Origin: an uncultured virus (IMG/VR IMGVR_UViG_3300020159_003425)
Taxonomy: Duplodnaviria > Heunggongvirae > Uroviricota > Caudoviricetes
Length of the DNA stretch: 64,000 bases
IMG/VR virus record: IMGVR_UViG_3300020159_003425
Reading direction: 5' to 3' (one strand)
Shown here: positions 1-8,701 of the stretch, piece by piece
How positions within the stretch are numbered: the stretch's first letter is position 1
Layout of the letters: each line of letters opens with the position of its first letter
Translations under genes and position numbers: made by a program
The notes under the pieces: generated by a model
What the model saw: only the letters and a program-made list of their open reading frames with translations
Databases searched by the model: none
What the model was told of the DNA's origin: nothing

Positions 1-64
1 GAGACCAACCACAAAAATAAGAGCTTTGATCATTTCCGTTCCTTTTCGATTTACTATGGAATGG

Positions 65-93
65 ATTCTATCCGAATCCTGGGAAAGTGGCAA
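65..93 (-). promoter_or_regulatory. sigma70-type early promoter TTGCCA-N17-TAGAAT
   Basis: Minus strand reads ttgcca ctttcccaggattcgga tagaat, upstream of an RBS and ATG at 33 (ORF runs off the window). Confidence 0.7.
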
Positions 94-125
94 CCATCCC
101 TTGGATAGTTGACCGGAGTGGAGGG

Positions 126-344
126 TTATTCCTCCTTAGCCATTTCCTTGCCCATGTCAAAGTCCAGGCATTCCTGCAGCGTGGGCTCTGGGAACAGGAG
201 GCATTCCTGCTCCACAATTTCACAATACACCTCAGCCACCCAGGAGATGGGGACCTCATGCTTTGCGGCAATCTCCGCAAAGGCCAGGTTGCCGAACAGG
301 ATGTCCTCTTGGATATCCAGAAACAGGTTGGAGACCTTGCTCAT
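126..344 (-). CDS. hypothetical early protein (MSKVSNLFLDIQED...)
   Basis: ATG at 344 follows aaaggaaagat; promoter immediately upstream; start trimmed from the ORF track. Confidence 0.7.
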   Translation of the reverse strand: MSKVSNLFLDIQEDILFGNLAFAEIAAKHEVPISWVAEVYCEIVEQECLLFPEPTLQECLDFDMGKEMAKEE

Positions 345-372
345 ATCTTTCCTTTTCGATTTGATGGAATCA

Positions 373-400
373 ATTGTACCAGAACCAGGGGAAATGGCAA
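373..400 (-). promoter_or_regulatory. early promoter TTGCCA-N16-TACAAT
   Basis: Minus strand ttgcca tttcccctggttctgg tacaat. Confidence 0.7.
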
Positions 401-432
401 CCATGCTCGGAATACTTGACCGGATTGGTGGA

Positions 433-594
433 TTATTGCGATTCCAAGCAAACCGCATTGATGTGGTCCTGGATAGAACCAATGGTTGCGGATTCTTCCT
501 CAGAATCTACGGAATGTTTCATTTCCTCCAGAGCATCATAGATAGCATCCAATTCTTGGGAAGTGAAAACAAGAGTATACGTTTTTTCGCTCAT
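433..594 (-). CDS. hypothetical early protein (MSEKTYTLVF...)
   Basis: ATG at 594 after gaaaggaaccat; acidic small ORF. Confidence 0.7.
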   Translation of the reverse strand: MSEKTYTLVFTSQELDAIYDALEEMKHSVDSEEESATIGSIQDHINAVCLESQ

Positions 595-700
595 ATGGTT
601 CCTTTCAAAATTCAATGGTTGGAGTATGGCGGAGGACTGGAAGAATGGCAACTGTAAACTTTAGTATTCCATCGGAAGGATGGAGTACTTTTGTGCTGTA

Positions 701-728
701 TTGCAAACCCCACCAGCCCCTGTATAAT
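701..728 (+). promoter_or_regulatory. early promoter TTGCAA-N16-TATAAT
   Basis: ttgcaa accccaccagcccctg tataat, with gagtactttt 8 bp upstream as in two other copies. Confidence 0.7.
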
Positions 729-867
729 GGTACCTATTCGAAAGCAGGACTGGGGTGGACACGGAGGCTGCGTGACTGATCCACGACTATCGATACCTCT
801 CCCGCGATAGAAATTTCCAATGGCGAACCGCTTGCCACAGCATTCCGGTCAAGATTGCCAATAGTGC

Positions 868-895
868 TCGCCATTCCCACCAGAACCTGTATTAT
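868..895 (+). promoter_or_regulatory. early promoter TCGCCA-N16-TATTAT
   Basis: Same architecture as the other copies (spacer ends in ctg); precedes the ORF at 927. Confidence 0.55.
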
Positions 896-926
896 CCAAG
901 AATCGATTCAACGAAAGGCAAACGAA

Positions 927-1136
927 ATGGCAAAAAGTAAACTTAAGTATGCAGAAATCCACAATGTAATTCGTGAGTTTTCGGATGCATCCCAAACCAA
1001 ATACAATAGCTATGCATATGCTGCTGGCTATCTGGAATCACAATTGGCACTGGTTCTCGCTGATGTTTCTATTAGTAAACAGAATGAAATTATGAATCTG
1101 TTTCAGCGCACCATTAATGATTTGAAAAAGGCTTAA
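927..1136 (+). CDS. hypothetical protein
   Basis: ATG at 927 (MAKSKLKY...) after gaaagg. Confidence 0.7.
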   Translation: MAKSKLKYAEIHNVIREFSDASQTKYNSYAYAAGYLESQLALVLADVSISKQNEIMNLFQRTINDLKKA

Positions 1137-1137
1137 T

Positions 1138-1296
1138 ATGTTTACAATAGATTATGATGGCGAATTCTATAATGTATATCAGGCTGGTGTACATATTGAA
1201 ACGTTTTTGAGTATTACTGAAGCACAAGATTATGTGGAATGTCTGAAATGGGAGCGAGATAATGCATTCTCAGAGCTCGGATGCGAGTTTGATTGA
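1138..1296 (+). CDS. small hypothetical protein (52 aa, MFTIDYDGEFY...)
   Basis: Read by hand; below the ORF-track cutoff; abuts the upstream stop. Confidence 0.55.
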   Translation: MFTIDYDGEFYNVYQAGVHIETFLSITEAQDYVECLKWERDNAFSELGCEFD

Positions 1297-1543
1297 TATA
1301 GCTTAAATGGCTATAATGATTATCTGAGTGGTCCTGCGTGATTTTGGTAGGTTTGGCAAGTAATTCGGTGAGATATACGAACTAAGTGTCCAATCCTACT
1401 ACCTATCCGCGACACTCTCCGCGCATTAATAACCATCCAGTCATTAACAAACAATCAGGTAAGCATTAAGGTAAAAATTCAGGTAAACTCTATTTAATAC
1501 AATGGTTCTCATTAGCAATATTCTGGAGAACTATTGTATTAGG

Positions 1544-1571
1544 TTGACAAACCCAGGTAAACCTGTACAAT
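1544..1571 (+). promoter_or_regulatory. early promoter TTGACA-N16-TACAAT
   Basis: ttgaca aacccaggtaaacctg tacaat upstream of the ORF at 1606. Confidence 0.75.
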
Positions 1572-1605
1572 GCATTTCATCGGTTAAACAAACGGAACTA
1601 AACAA

Positions 1606-1929
1606 ATGGCAAAACTTCTTATTACCACCCAAGTATATGAGAACTATGGTGCTCACGATTGGGATGGTACTGGTGAGGTACCCCAATACTGGAAAGCGAA
1701 AGGTGGCAATGATTATGTCATCAAAAACTTTACTGATTTTGGTTCTGTTACTGAAACCATTATGGTGATTCGTTCTAAAATCGAATTGGATGATAGTTTC
1801 TGCCGTGAGAATATTATTAATTGGGAGATTGTCTCGGATGATTATCTGACTGAGTTTGAGCGGGACCAATTGGAATATGAAGGTAAGATTACCTATTCTC
1901 CCTTGGAATTGAACCAACTGATTGATTAA
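1606..1929 (+). CDS. hypothetical phage protein (TQVYENYGAHDWDG...YWKAKGG)
   Basis: ORF directly after a promoter; first gene of a tightly packed operon. Confidence 0.8.
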   Translation: MAKLLITTQVYENYGAHDWDGTGEVPQYWKAKGGNDYVIKNFTDFGSVTETIMVIRSKIELDDSFCRENIINWEIVSDDYLTEFERDQLEYEGKITYSPLELNQLID

Positions 1930-1942
1930 AAAAGGAAAGATT

Positions 1943-2206
1943 ATGAAACATCACGACATTATCGAAATGGTTAACGATTTGCTGGATGAGCAAGGTGAGG
2001 TTACTATTGGTAATCTAACCTTTTATCCTTCTGATATTCTTCGCAAATGCGATCCTACTGCTTATCGTATTACTGTCAATGAATATATCGATAATATGAT
2101 TGCTGATCTGGAATATGATCTGGAACGCCTTGATACTGATATTGATGGTGATGAAATTCAGGATATTAAAGATAATATCGCTGAACTGGAAGATTGTTAT
2201 ATCTAA
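1943..2206 (+). CDS. hypothetical acidic protein
   Basis: ATG at 1943 after aaaggaaag. Confidence 0.75.
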   Translation: MKHHDIIEMVNDLLDEQGEVTIGNLTFYPSDILRKCDPTAYRITVNEYIDNMIADLEYDLERLDTDIDGDEIQDIKDNIAELEDCYI

Positions 2207-2217
2207 AAGGATAGATT

Positions 2218-2433
2218 ATGTCTTATAATGCTTCTTATTGGTTTGCTCGCGGTTATTATGATGGGCGATCTAATGGTGAAAGTGATTTTGCCAATGTACC
2301 AGAGGAACAATTTTTCTCTTATGAGTCTGGTTTTATTGCAGGCTGTGAGGATTATAATGAATTTGATGAAAGTGCTTATGATGGGCAACCTGATGAAGCA
2401 CAGGAATGGCACGATTTTGATCCCGATTGTTAA
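2218..2433 (+). CDS. hypothetical protein (C-terminal QEWHDFDPDC)
   Basis: RBS aaagga; operon packing. Confidence 0.75.
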   Translation: MSYNASYWFARGYYDGRSNGESDFANVPEEQFFSYESGFIAGCEDYNEFDESAYDGQPDEAQEWHDFDPDC

Positions 2434-2444
2434 GAGGTACTAAC

Positions 2445-2654
2445 ATGGGTTTTGAAAAGAAAATACTAGAGGTAATCTCTCCTGCATTGGAGACAGGTGA
2501 ATATGCGGAATTCTTTAATGGTACGCTATTCTTAGAAGGTGTATCGGATAAGACAGGTAAGGATGTATATAACATTCTCACCAAACGCTTAGGTAAGGAA
2601 AAGATTGGTTTCTCTCCTTATCGTGATGGTTTCGTTGCAATCGATTTTAAGTAA
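2445..2654 (+). CDS. hypothetical protein
   Basis: ATG at 2445 after gagg. Confidence 0.7.
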   Translation: MGFEKKILEVISPALETGEYAEFFNGTLFLEGVSDKTGKDVYNILTKRLGKEKIGFSPYRDGFVAIDFK

Positions 2655-2663
2655 AGGTTAATA

Positions 2664-2891
2664 ATGGCTGATATTCAAGATTATGGTATGTTCACCGATG
2701 CTGGCAACATAATGGTCGGCTGTATCGTTGCTGGTGCAAAGGCTGCAAATCTAACCTGGAGTCAGGTGTACGATATGCTGCATACTATCTCCAAAATTGA
2801 TGCTTATGGTGAAGCAACCGATACAGCAGTGCGTGAGATAGTTTATGATGCAATTGGTGCATATGAACGTGAAGAAGATTTTTGGGTTTAA
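2664..2891 (+). CDS. hypothetical protein
   Basis: RBS aagg; operon packing. Confidence 0.75.
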   Translation: MADIQDYGMFTDAGNIMVGCIVAGAKAANLTWSQVYDMLHTISKIDAYGEATDTAVREIVYDAIGAYEREEDFWV

Positions 2892-2903
2892 ATAAAAGGA
2901 TAT

Positions 2904-3086
2904 ATGATGAAAGATTTGAATTGGATTATGATGCTAGACATTCTGGCAGGTGCAAAGTTTACCAACTATGGTTTGAACCAAATGGCTCAACTTAACTGTG
3001 GTGAAGTAATCGAAACCAAACAATATACTTTGATGACGGATCGTAACTATGAACCGACCAGTGCGGAAAGGTTTGCAAATCTATGA
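2904..3086 (+). CDS. hypothetical protein
   Basis: RBS aaagga; ATGA overlap with next gene. Confidence 0.65.
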   Translation: MMKDLNWIMMLDILAGAKFTNYGLNQMAQLNCGEVIETKQYTLMTDRNYEPTSAERFANL

Positions 3087-3346
3087 TCTATGTCATATAC
3101 CATATTGATACCACATTATCAATGAAGCACATGAATACATTTGAATCTGGTGCAAAACGGTCGGTTACTTGCATGAATCGTAATGCAGGCAGTATTCAAT
3201 ATGCATATGCATCATTAGAAGATTATGAAACCAAAGTGGTCACTACCAAAAAGGTTAAATCACTTATGACTGGCGAAGAAATTGAAATTCCAAGTAATAC
3301 ACCACGATCTTGTGATCCGTCTTCTGAACTTTTTTGGAGTATGTAA
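3083..3346 (+). CDS. hypothetical protein (C-terminal TPRSCDPSSELFWSM)
   Basis: Translationally coupled on both sides. Confidence 0.75.
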   Translation: MIYVIYHIDTTLSMKHMNTFESGAKRSVTCMNRNAGSIQYAYASLEDYETKVVTTKKVKSLMTGEEIEIPSNTPRSCDPSSELFWSM

Positions 3347-3561
3347 TGGCAGTTGTTCGAACACCTATTAAAATACCTCTTAGCTCTCTTGTCAAAGAGC
3401 ATTGGACTTCCGAGTCCAAAGAGGAACTATTACAATTCTTTGAAGGTGTGGAGAGGTCCTACCCTACCCAGGGGTACGGTACCATGATCTCCAACATTCA
3501 CCAGGACCCAACCGGGGCGCTCTGGCACGCTGATTTTAGTCGGTTTACCAGCTGTGACTGA
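3346..3561 (+). CDS. hypothetical protein
   Basis: TAATG overlap at 3346. Confidence 0.7.
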   Translation: MAVVRTPIKIPLSSLVKEHWTSESKEELLQFFEGVERSYPTQGYGTMISNIHQDPTGALWHADFSRFTSCD

Positions 3562-3598
3562 ATACTTGACCGGAGTTTGTGAATACTTTTGTACTACA

Positions 3599-3626
3599 TT
3601 GCCAAATCCTAGGACTCCTGTACAAT
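3599..3626 (+). promoter_or_regulatory. early promoter TTGCCA-N16-TACAAT
   Basis: Preceded by aatacttgaccgga and gaatactttt, as at 8601-8666. Confidence 0.75.
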
Positions 3627-3656
3627 AGGCTGTTCTGATGTTAGTGGATCTTAACC

Positions 3657-3851
3657 ATGTTACGTAAATCAAATCTTGTTTATGTTGCGGAAGATTATAA
3701 GTTAGATTATGATGAATTTTCTGACTATTGTTTCCAATACCATTCTCAATGTGTCTGGCGCGTCTATGATGGCTTAGAATACTGCCATGCCGGCAGTGAA
3801 TCCTATCTTGTTGGTCAGTTTCTAGAATTTAAGGAAAAAAATGCAGTTTAA
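3657..3851 (+). CDS. hypothetical protein
   Basis: ORF after promoter. Confidence 0.6.
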   Translation: MLRKSNLVYVAEDYKLDYDEFSDYCFQYHSQCVWRVYDGLEYCHAGSESYLVGQFLEFKEKNAV

Positions 3852-4353
3852 TGATACCAAACCCACCAAATCCGCTATGTACCTTGTTGACCGTGGTATG
3901 CAAGGTAAAGCATACCGCTATTACAATGCAGATACCGATTCTTGGGGTATGTGCGGCTTTGATATGAACGAAGCAAACGAAGGCAAAGATAAACCGTCCG
4001 CTGTTGGTTTCTTCCCTTGGGTTGGTCCTTTGACTGGTCCCAAGTATGATGCCGATGCACCCGTTGTTATTGTGGCGGATGAAACGGTACGCAAAACCAA
4101 ACCCGCAAGGAAAATGGCTAAGATGCGTGGTGTTGCTGCGCCTGTTGCACCTGTTGCAAAAGTCAAAACGCCCCGTGTATCTATCAAAGCGTCCGCAGTG
4201 CATCCTGATGGTACCGTTTGGTACCGTGAAGACCGCCAAAAGTGGATTGCTATGATGAATGGCAAACAAGAGGCGGCGCGTCCTACTGCTGAAGCGTGTC
4301 TTAAGTTTCTTAAGAAGAAATACAATGTTGATGGCAATGTAATTGCAAAATAA
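3841..4353 (+). CDS. hypothetical protein, possible C-terminal AP2-like DNA-binding segment
   Basis: RBS aaggaa; GTVWYREDRQKWIAMMNGK resembles the AP2 beta-sheet pattern (weak). Confidence 0.7.
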   Translation: MQFNDTKPTKSAMYLVDRGMQGKAYRYYNADTDSWGMCGFDMNEANEGKDKPSAVGFFPWVGPLTGPKYDADAPVVIVADETVRKTKPARKMAKMRGVAAPVAPVAKVKTPRVSIKASAVHPDGTVWYREDRQKWIAMMNGKQEAARPTAEACLKFLKKKYNVDGNVIAK

Positions 4354-4354
4354 T

Positions 4355-4576
4355 ATGACTATACCTTTAGAACGAACTAGAGCTGTTATCAATACACGCC
4401 AGTTTCTTTTGGATTTATTGAATCCAGAAGTGACACCACGGGTACCTAGACCTATTCGTGATCGCGCAAACCATTTGCTGCGGCATTATCCAACCAATTT
4501 TGATATGGACATGATTGCAGAACGGGAAGACAGCAAAGAAAATATCTTATTCAAAATCTTTGGTAAAGGTGTTTGA
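4355..4576 (+). CDS. BPSL0761-like small protein
   Basis: MT-x-P-x-ERTRAV...PRVP...A..LLRHYP pattern. Confidence 0.65.
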   Translation: MTIPLERTRAVINTRQFLLDLLNPEVTPRVPRPIRDRANHLLRHYPTNFDMDMIAEREDSKENILFKIFGKGV

Positions 4577-4827
4577 TGAATAGGAAATACATAGAACTTG
4601 CAGAAAAGGCTGGTTTCAGCCTATGGGGCAAAGAAACCTGGAATCCCGGCGATGTAATCGATTGGTCTGCCAGATATGATAAAGAACTGGAAAAGTTCGC
4701 CGAGTTGATTGTTAGGGAATGTGCTGGATTATTTCCTAATGTTTATGTGGAAATTGAAAACGAATACGGGCATACTCCTGTGATCGCGGCAGATTACATA
4801 AAAAAACATTTCGGAGTTGAAGAATGA
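4576..4827 (+). CDS. hypothetical protein (EKFAELIVRECA family)
   Basis: TGATG overlap; paralogous to 6602-6925. Confidence 0.75.
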   Translation: MNRKYIELAEKAGFSLWGKETWNPGDVIDWSARYDKELEKFAELIVRECAGLFPNVYVEIENEYGHTPVIAADYIKKHFGVEE

Positions 4828-4948
4828 ATCAAGCCATTGAATTTGTTATGTCGTTTTACAATATTTCTCGGGAAGATGCTGTGAATCTTTATTGGGATGA
4901 AGTTGAAGCATATATGTTACTGGCTTCAAAAATGAACGGAGTTGAAGA

Positions 4949-5200
4949 ATGAAAACCTCTGATATAAACCGTGAGATTGACCGTATGACACAAAATAGAA
5001 AACGACATTTCTCCAACACCAATAATCCCATTGATTTTCCTGTGTTTACCGTTGTAATTTGTTCAGAATGTTCTGAGGAACACTTGACAACCGAAGTAAA
5101 ATCTGTTAACATAGAGGAAGATATCCAAGGGCGGGATGTTCTGTATTTTGTGTGCCCGGTTACTAACATGGAAACCAAGAGTTTGGTGTATAAGAAATGA
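4949..5200 (+). CDS. hypothetical protein, possible Zn ribbon (CSEC...CPVT)
   Basis: RBS ggag; Cys motifs. Confidence 0.65.
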   Translation: MKTSDINREIDRMTQNRKRHFSNTNNPIDFPVFTVVICSECSEEHLTTEVKSVNIEEDIQGRDVLYFVCPVTNMETKSLVYKK

Positions 5201-5409
5201 ATGTGGTTTATGTCCTCGAAATGTATGATCCCCATGATAGTAATGAAAACCAATCTCGCATTCTCAATGTCTTTTCTACAATGGAAAAGGCTATAGAATA
5301 CCGTGATAGGTATATTAGGGAAGAATACGAAATTGAAGATACTTTTGATGGTGATCTATTAAGAGAATCTGATGCTGAGTTTTTCATTGACAAATATCAG
5401 GTGATGTAA
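5197..5409 (+). CDS. hypothetical protein
   Basis: ATGA overlap. Confidence 0.7.
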   Translation: MNVVYVLEMYDPHDSNENQSRILNVFSTMEKAIEYRDRYIREEYEIEDTFDGDLLRESDAEFFIDKYQVM

Positions 5410-5414
5410 TTAAG

Positions 5415-5585
5415 ATGGATTTTCTAAATCGTGCTGAAAGGTATGCCGAAGCCCGTGGCGATGAAATGTGGTTCAAATACACTTACGCCTTTTTTCGCCA
5501 GACTCATGGTGTAACCGATTCTGTCTGGAAAACCTTGGCTTATCTGTATAGTAATGAAGTGGCTGATCTTTTGGAGTTTCAATAA
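5415..5585 (+). CDS. small hypothetical protein (56 aa, MDFLNRAERY...)
   Basis: Read by hand; fills the gap and couples to the next ATG. Confidence 0.55.
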   Translation: MDFLNRAERYAEARGDEMWFKYTYAFFRQTHGVTDSVWKTLAYLYSNEVADLLEFQ

Positions 5586-5872
5586 TGAACGAAGAACAAA
5601 ATGATCCATGGCAAGACTTTTCAGAATCTTATGAAAAGGCCATGAAAGAAATAGAACAAAGGCAGGAAGAATATTGGAACTCCCTTTCAAAGGATGACCA
5701 ACTAAAAGCATTTTGTGCCGTTGTTCGCCGTATTGTGCAGGCCGAATTGAAAGATAAAGGCTCTTATCGTTGGGCATTGTATGATGTTTTTGGTTTTGGT
5801 CCAGAAGCGTATGTTCAAGGTATGGAGTGTGGTTTTATGGCCTTGCACAATTCAATAATAGAAAAGGAATAA
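5585..5872 (+). CDS. hypothetical protein
   Basis: ORF with GSYRWALYDVFGF motif; operon packing. Confidence 0.75.
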   Translation: MNEEQNDPWQDFSESYEKAMKEIEQRQEEYWNSLSKDDQLKAFCAVVRRIVQAELKDKGSYRWALYDVFGFGPEAYVQGMECGFMALHNSIIEKE

Positions 5873-5874
5873 CA

Positions 5875-6159
5875 ATGATAAAAGTTGTAATTAACTGTGA
5901 TTTTGGTGGCTTTGGTTTGTCTGATAAGGCTGAAGCATTGTATAAAGAGCGCAAAGGGATCACCGATCCTGATTGGTGGTACAATGATATCCTGCGTGAT
6001 TGTCCAGTATTGGTTCAAATCGTAGAAGAAATGGGTAAAAAGGCTGATGGTCGTTTTGCTGCATTGAAAGTCGTGGAAGTGCCTGATGATGCAGATTGGT
6101 ATGTTGAAGAATATGATGGTTCTGAATGGGTTGCGGAACGCCATCGGACTTGGCGTTAA
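5875..6159 (+). CDS. conserved phage hypothetical (KVVINCDFGGFGLS...EYDGSEWVAE)
   Basis: ATG at 5875 after aaagga. Confidence 0.8.
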   Translation: MIKVVINCDFGGFGLSDKAEALYKERKGITDPDWWYNDILRDCPVLVQIVEEMGKKADGRFAALKVVEVPDDADWYVEEYDGSEWVAERHRTWR

Positions 6160-6171
6160 AGGATTTTAAAT

Positions 6172-6618
6172 ATGCGATTATTTCTGGACACCGAATTTAA
6201 TGGTTTCAATGGCAAACTAATGTCAATGGCTTTGGTGCCAGAGGATAGTAATGTTCGCGAGTTTTATAAAGAACTTGAAATCAAAGATCAATTGCATCCA
6301 TGGGTGCGTGATAATGTCATGCCTCATTTGAATCTAGTCCCATGTACCCACCATGAGTTTCAACAGGCATTGGCACAGTACCTATGGGAAGTGGGTGAAT
6401 GCACCATCATTGCTGATTGGCCTGATGATATCAGGCATTTTTGTGAATCATTGATTGTTGGACCTGGCCAAATGATTTCATTCATGCACAATATTAAGTT
6501 TGAACTCGATTTGGGAATTGAATATAGTTCTTTGGTGCCGCACCATGCACTATATGATGCACGAGCAATTCGCCATTTTTATTTGAAACGGGAAAAACAA
6601 AATGAACGAAAATATTAA
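6172..6618 (+). CDS. DEDDh 3'-5' exonuclease-like protein
   Basis: ExoI LFLDTEF and ExoIII HHALYDA motifs. Confidence 0.75.
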   Translation: MRLFLDTEFNGFNGKLMSMALVPEDSNVREFYKELEIKDQLHPWVRDNVMPHLNLVPCTHHEFQQALAQYLWEVGECTIIADWPDDIRHFCESLIVGPGQMISFMHNIKFELDLGIEYSSLVPHHALYDARAIRHFYLKREKQNERKY

Positions 6619-6925
6619 AGCAGGTGCAGATATTCATGCAGGTGACGGTGGATACAGTATCGGTACACAAGAAAAGTATGACGAATTTGCAAAGGTTCGC
6701 AACCAATCATTGGGTAAAATGAGAATTAAAGAACTTGCTGAACAGGCTGACAAACTGGCGGCCGCAGAAAATAAACATTACGGATTGATAGAATATTCAG
6801 AAAAGTTCGCCGAGTTGATCGTCCAAGAATGTGCAAACGAACTACTCAAATGGAAAGATGAACCTTTTCCGTATGATCCTGGGTTTGGTGCAATATTGAT
6901 TAAGAGTCATTTTGGAGTTAAATGA
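6602..6925 (+). CDS. hypothetical protein (EKFAELIVQECA family)
   Basis: Paralogous to 4576-4827. Confidence 0.7.
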   Translation: MNENIKAGADIHAGDGGYSIGTQEKYDEFAKVRNQSLGKMRIKELAEQADKLAAAENKHYGLIEYSEKFAELIVQECANELLKWKDEPFPYDPGFGAILIKSHFGVK

Positions 6926-7133
6926 TGATAATTCTTAACCTTTTTGTTGCCATTCTTTGTGGCATTGTTGCTAAACAATCATTTGAACATGGATTAACCA
7001 AACATGGTTGGATGTGTTTGGTGCTATCGGCAATAAATGCGGCATTCTATCTCGATGCCGTAATTTAAGGGCTTGCCAAAGGCATTTCGGTCCGCCATAA
7101 TCACGGTGTAGCCCCTTTGAGAATGATATTATT

Positions 7134-7340
7134 ATGAAACTTAAGCTTAAGACAATGCCTCCTGTTGGTAACACCAAAGAAGTGGAGAAATTTGCATGGT
7201 TACCAACTGTGGTTGGATCCAATGATAACCGATACCTTGTTTGGTTTGATTACTATACCTGTTTATATGAATATATGTTTGATGGAACTTCTGGTTATTG
7301 GCATCTAAGGGCCAAATTCACCTCACCTCCGAAAGATTAA
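7134..7340 (+). CDS. hypothetical protein (KFAWLP family)
   Basis: Similar to 11208-11423. Confidence 0.6.
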   Translation: MKLKLKTMPPVGNTKEVEKFAWLPTVVGSNDNRYLVWFDYYTCLYEYMFDGTSGYWHLRAKFTSPPKD

Positions 7341-7341
7341 T

Positions 7342-7557
7342 ATGATTCGTGAAAAGACTTTTAAATCTGAATATGTTATTGACTTGACTGGTCCTGAAGG
7401 CAATGCATTTTGCCTAATGGGTCATGCACGTAAACTATCTAGAACTCTTAATCTTAACACCGAACAGATTATGAAGGAAATGATGAGTGGTGATTATGAG
7501 AATTTAGTCCAAGTGTTTGATGGTTACTTTGGTGATTATGTTGTCTTAGAACGATAA
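7342..7557 (+). CDS. conserved phage hypothetical (IDLTGPEGNAFCLMG)
   Basis: Motif common in large myoviruses. Confidence 0.8.
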   Translation: MIREKTFKSEYVIDLTGPEGNAFCLMGHARKLSRTLNLNTEQIMKEMMSGDYENLVQVFDGYFGDYVVLER

Positions 7558-7591
7558 CTGTTGTACCTGTGCAACATCTGGCAAAAACCTG

Positions 7592-7619
7592 TTGCCATTC
7601 TTACCAACACCTGTAGAAT
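7592..7619 (+). promoter_or_regulatory. early promoter TTGCCA-N16-TAGAAT
   Basis: ttgcca ttcttaccaacacctg tagaat, then ggagtttttatatg. Confidence 0.75.
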
Positions 7620-7652
7620 ACACTACATCGATTCAACAACTGGAGTTTTTAT

Positions 7653-8129
7653 ATGGGCACTCGCTCTGCTATCGGCATCATTGGTAACGAATCCGTTCGT
7701 GGCATCTATTGCCATTGGGACGGTTACATTGAACACAACGGACAGATCCTGAACCGTTTTTACCCTACTGCCAACCTTGTTAACGCTCTTATTGAACAAG
7801 GTGACCTGTCCGCTCTTGGTGCTGAGATTGGTACCAAACACCAATTCGGTGCTAAATCTGAATACATTGAAACCGATTTGACAACCTCGGTGGCAAAAGA
7901 GTGCACCTTCTACGGCCGCGACCGTGGTGAGACCAATATTCAAGCAAAAGAATTCGAAAGCAAGGAAGAATTCTTGGACTATTTCGATGGTTGTGGTTGT
8001 GAGTATTTTTACCTGTTTGATCCGATGCAAGGAACCTGGTCGGTTCTTGGACACAATGGTTTTTTTAATCCTCTTACCGCTGTTATTGCTGAACTTGAAC
8101 AAAAACGAAAGGTTGAATCTAATGTCTGA
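7653..8129 (+). CDS. conserved phage early protein (MGTRSAIG...IYCHWDGY)
   Basis: Strong RBS ggag; recognisable conserved motif. Confidence 0.85.
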   Translation: MGTRSAIGIIGNESVRGIYCHWDGYIEHNGQILNRFYPTANLVNALIEQGDLSALGAEIGTKHQFGAKSEYIETDLTTSVAKECTFYGRDRGETNIQAKEFESKEEFLDYFDGCGCEYFYLFDPMQGTWSVLGHNGFFNPLTAVIAELEQKRKVESNV

Positions 8130-8356
8130 TCAGAAACCTACCATCTTGGATAATATCCTATTCTTTACATTGATTACAATCTTTGTTGTATGTACAGTTT
8201 CATTGGTGCAGTCAGGCATCATTGGTGTATTTTCCCTTTTGGGTTCTTGTAAATGAAAAATGATTTTGCCAATCTAATTGTATTTGTTGCATTTAAAACA
8301 GTACAGTATTTGGCATTTTTTGTTGGTGTTTTTACATTTGTTTATGGATTATTGAA

Positions 8357-8599
8357 ATGAAAACTTCTGAAATTAAAAAAGGTATGCGTATTCTCTTGTC
8401 TAATGGTTGGTATGCAACTATGAAAGATAATCTAAGAGGATCTACGAGGTTGGCTGAAGTTGAGGGTTTTTATACTGAAACCGGATCAGTATATTCGCAT
8501 GATATTGTTGCTGTTGAAGTCAATGGTCAATTTCAAAAAGTAGAACATACTGAAAAAGAAAATAAACTGAAAAAACAATTGGAAGAATTTTTTGGTTAA
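8357..8599 (+). CDS. hypothetical protein
   Basis: Clean ORF ending just before the next promoter. Confidence 0.75.
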   Translation: MKTSEIKKGMRILLSNGWYATMKDNLRGSTRLAEVEGFYTETGSVYSHDIVAVEVNGQFQKVEHTEKENKLKKQLEEFFG

Positions 8600-8638
8600 A
8601 AATACTTGACCGGACTGTGTGAGTACTTTTTTCTCATA

Positions 8639-8666
8639 TTGCCATTCCTCTTGGTTCTGTTAGAAT
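8639..8666 (+). promoter_or_regulatory. early promoter TTGCCA-N16-TAGAAT
   Basis: Near-copy of 3561-3626; followed by aaggagtttttatatg. Confidence 0.75.
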
Positions 8667-8701
8667 ACTCTTATTGATTCAGTAACACAAGGAGTTTTTA
8701 T

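Noticed and set aside
109..657. 182-aa plus-strand ORF
   Set aside because: Overlaps two minus-strand genes that have clear RBS and promoter support.
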